Source: an uncultured Clostridia bacterium (lineage in GTDB: Bacteria; Bacillota; Clostridia; Christensenellales; UBA1242). Taken from it: a stretch of 64,000 nt of DNA. This document shows, piece after piece, positions 61,965 through 64,000 of this stretch. How positions within the stretch are numbered: the first letter of the stretch is position 1; every line of letters starts with the position of its first letter. The notes below the pieces were generated by a model. The model was not told where the DNA came from, searched no databases, and saw only the letters and a list, made by a program, of their open reading frames with translations. Made by a program: the position numbers and the translations under genes. The stretch lies in NCBI GenBank assembly GCA_934747765.1, contig CAKVGZ010000003.1, positions 64,225 through 128,224 of the forward strand. The letters are read 5' to 3'.

Positions 61965-62941
61965 TCTTCGTTATCTAAATCAACAATTTGTTTGGATTTT
62001 TCTTCATTATCAATTTGGTCAACATTGCGCCAAATTGATTTTTTCTTTGTCACAGTTTCTTCTTCCTTGGGCTCGTCAGCGAAAAAATATGGAGCCATGC
62101 TTTCTTTGAAGAAAGGACCATTTTTGTTGCCGGTTGGAACAATGGTCACAAATTTAGGTTTGTTTATTTTTGTTTCACTTGGATTTTTCACTTGCCATTC
62201 TTCAAAGCTTTGACCGCCAAAAATTCCTGTTCCACTTGGTGCATCAACATTGGAAAGCGCGGAGGCGATTTTTGCTGGGAACTTTGTTTCTGTTAAGTCA
62301 ATTTTTATGATTTCAATGCCAATTTCGGAAAGATAATTTGATAATTTGTTATATATGGTTTTCAAAAGTGTTTCATCTTTTAAATATAACTTTCTTGCAC
62401 TTGGATTTTCTTTTTCAATGATTCTTGCAATCTTTTCGCTTATAACTCGTGCAATTGTTTTTTGTGTTTCTGTTGAACTAACAATTCCCATTAATGGAAT
62501 CAAAAATTCAAGCAATTTTTTTGAATTAGCCACTTTGAAAGTTGTGTTTCCATAACATCTGACGGAGTATACTCCAAATTCTTTGTCTTCAAGTTCAATT
62601 GGGGAAGTTTCAAAAACAAATTTTTCAAATATGTTTCTGTTAACAAAATATGTTTCTGCGTCAAAAAACTTTGGCGTTTTTCCATTGTTAAGTTTGTAAA
62701 GTTTTAATCCTTGTGTTGCTTCAGGAATGTTCTTTGGTGAAATAACAAAATCTTCTGTGAGTTCGTCAAAAACTTTTCCATCTTTCGTTATCACAAACGA
62801 AAAATTTCTTGGAACAGTGACTGGAGTTCCAAAGTAGATTCTATTTCTTTTAAATTCTTGATAAAAAACAAGTTCTTTTGATGTTATGTTCAAGTTAGGT
62901 TTAACAAATTTCGTTTTTCCAAAACACATAAAAACCTCCAA
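61961..62941 (-). CDS. SPFH/band-7-like (YdjI-like) protein; hypothetical
   Basis: 326 aa with no TM helix. Loose resemblance to SPFH-domain YdjI-type proteins. Confidence 0.3.
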   Translation of the reverse strand: MEVFMCFGKTKFVKPNLNITSKELVFYQEFKRNRIYFGTPVTVPRNFSFVITKDGKVFDELTEDFVISPKNIPEATQGLKLYKLNNGKTPKFFDAETYFVNRNIFEKFVFETSPIELEDKEFGVYSVRCYGNTTFKVANSKKLLEFLIPLMGIVSSTETQKTIARVISEKIARIIEKENPSARKLYLKDETLLKTIYNKLSNYLSEIGIEIIKIDLTETKFPAKIASALSNVDAPSGTGIFGGQSFEEWQVKNPSETKINKPKFVTIVPTGNKNGPFFKESMAPYFFADEPKEEETVTKKKSIWRNVDQIDNEEKSKQIVDLDNED

Positions 62942-63045
62942 TTTCTATTTATATATTATCACAACAAGTTGTAAATTGCAACAGGTTGGAATAAATTAGA
63001 CGCTTTTATAATAAATTAGATTAAGACTCTTGTCGGAGGGAAATA

Positions 63046-63834
63046 ATGCATAAAATTTCGGAAATAATTTCCAAACCTGTTTTTACCCTTTATGAAGGAA
63101 TTAATATTGGCACAGTAAAAAGCTTTTTATATAACGAAAAGACAAAAAAAATAAAAGGTTTTTTTATTTTTGACGACGAAACAGAAACCCATGACCATTT
63201 TATTTTATCTAGCAAAATTTTTTCAATTGGAGAAAATTGCCTTATCGTAAAAAATATGAAAGCCATGACTCCTCAAATTGATATAGGCGAAAACGGAATC
63301 ATGAACTTGCCGGCAATCTCAGCTGATGGGCTTAGCTTGGGAAAAATTTCTGATGTCTTTTTTGACGATAATTATGATATAAAAGCATTTTTAACCACGA
63401 AAAATATAGTTGTTCCATCTGAAAAATTGATTAATTTTGGGCGAGATGCCATGATTTTTGACTTTAAGGAAAGCCCATTGAAAGTTGCTCGTTTTAAACC
63501 GCAAAATAGAATAGCAGTTCTTGATTTGCCAGAGATAAAAGTTTCCATTTTGGATACGCAACAAAAATCCGAAATTATCAGCAAAAATTTTAAACAAAGT
63601 GATTTTAATTCGGATAACAAAATTGAAAGCCAAACAAATGTCAAACAGGATGTTGTGTTGCCAAAAAAACTTGTTGCAAAGCCAGAAACCATAATAGGCA
63701 AACGAGCTAACAAAACAATCTATGGATTGAATGGCGAAGTTGTTGTTAAAGATATGCAGGTCATAACAGACAAAATTTATGAGAGAGCAAAAAAACATTC
63801 CAAATTGTTTGAGTTAAAGAACTCAGTTGAATAA
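63046..63834 (+). CDS. PRC-barrel domain protein; hypothetical
   Basis: The N-terminus has a PRC-barrel-like pattern (VFTLYEGINIGTV...G). 262 aa. Confidence 0.3.
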   Translation: MHKISEIISKPVFTLYEGINIGTVKSFLYNEKTKKIKGFFIFDDETETHDHFILSSKIFSIGENCLIVKNMKAMTPQIDIGENGIMNLPAISADGLSLGKISDVFFDDNYDIKAFLTTKNIVVPSEKLINFGRDAMIFDFKESPLKVARFKPQNRIAVLDLPEIKVSILDTQQKSEIISKNFKQSDFNSDNKIESQTNVKQDVVLPKKLVAKPETIIGKRANKTIYGLNGEVVVKDMQVITDKIYERAKKHSKLFELKNSVE

Positions 63835-63879
63835 AAGCGACCAAGTTCGCTCGTAAGTTCCCAAATGTAAGCAAAAAAG

Positions 63880-63903
63880 AAAACACCCGAAAGGGTGTTT
63901 TTC
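63880..63903 (+). terminator. rho-independent terminator
   Basis: Hairpin AACACCC-gaaa-GGGTGTT followed by TTTT. Confidence 0.6.
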
Positions 63904-64000
63904 AAACGAAAAAGGTGAGTGGTGCTTAACCTTTTTTAGATTTTTTCATTTTGATTGTTTGTAATTTTGTGTGCAGTATTTTGTGCTGAAGTCATTGCTT

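Overview
This is a low-GC (~33%, by eye) chromosomal segment from a spore-forming Firmicutes/Clostridia-type bacterium. Sporulation-associated genes support that: a ylmC/ymxH-like PRC-barrel gene, ytfI-ytfJ, dacF-like and spoVB-like genes, and a ylbJ-like gene.

Most of the window is densely packed housekeeping genes: the addA 3' end, dnaB, rnjA, nrdR, feoAB, the hrcA-grpE-dnaK-dnaJ heat-shock operon with a CIRCE operator, mtaB, a HIT-family gene, rimP-nusA-ylxR-infB-rbfA, hup, dus, cmk, trmD, rbgA, yraN, pta, tsaD, a D-Ala-D-Ala carboxypeptidase, rluA-family and SDR genes, a GyrA/ParC-type topoisomerase A subunit, pcrA and ftsY. There are two RNA genes: tRNA-Glu(CUC) at 55451-55525, and a long Alu-domain SRP RNA on the minus strand at about 56943-57214 that the ORF track does not show.

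Several accessory patches sit among the core genes. (i) Between addA and rnjA there is a block of membrane and lipoprotein genes, including a membrane-anchored coiled-coil protein with four AT-hooks, and an orphan phage-like module (an ArpU/sigma-region-4 regulator plus a terminase large subunit with no other phage genes). (ii) Two divergent, tandem paralogous hypothetical genes, each behind a perfect-consensus promoter that predicts a leaderless mRNA, sit where prmA/rsmE usually lie between dnaJ and mtaB. A further HExxH protein and a partner gene follow the HIT-family gene. (iii) Directly fused to the 3' end of tRNA-Glu are three tandem ~178-bp units. Each begins with the last 21 nt of the tRNA and carries two terminator hairpins, an inverted T-arm fragment and an unusually GC-rich 50-nt block. 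(iv) A hypothetical, beta-solenoid-rich region lies around the SRP RNA.

I consider the tRNA-linked tandem repeat and the AT-hook membrane protein the most unusual items.
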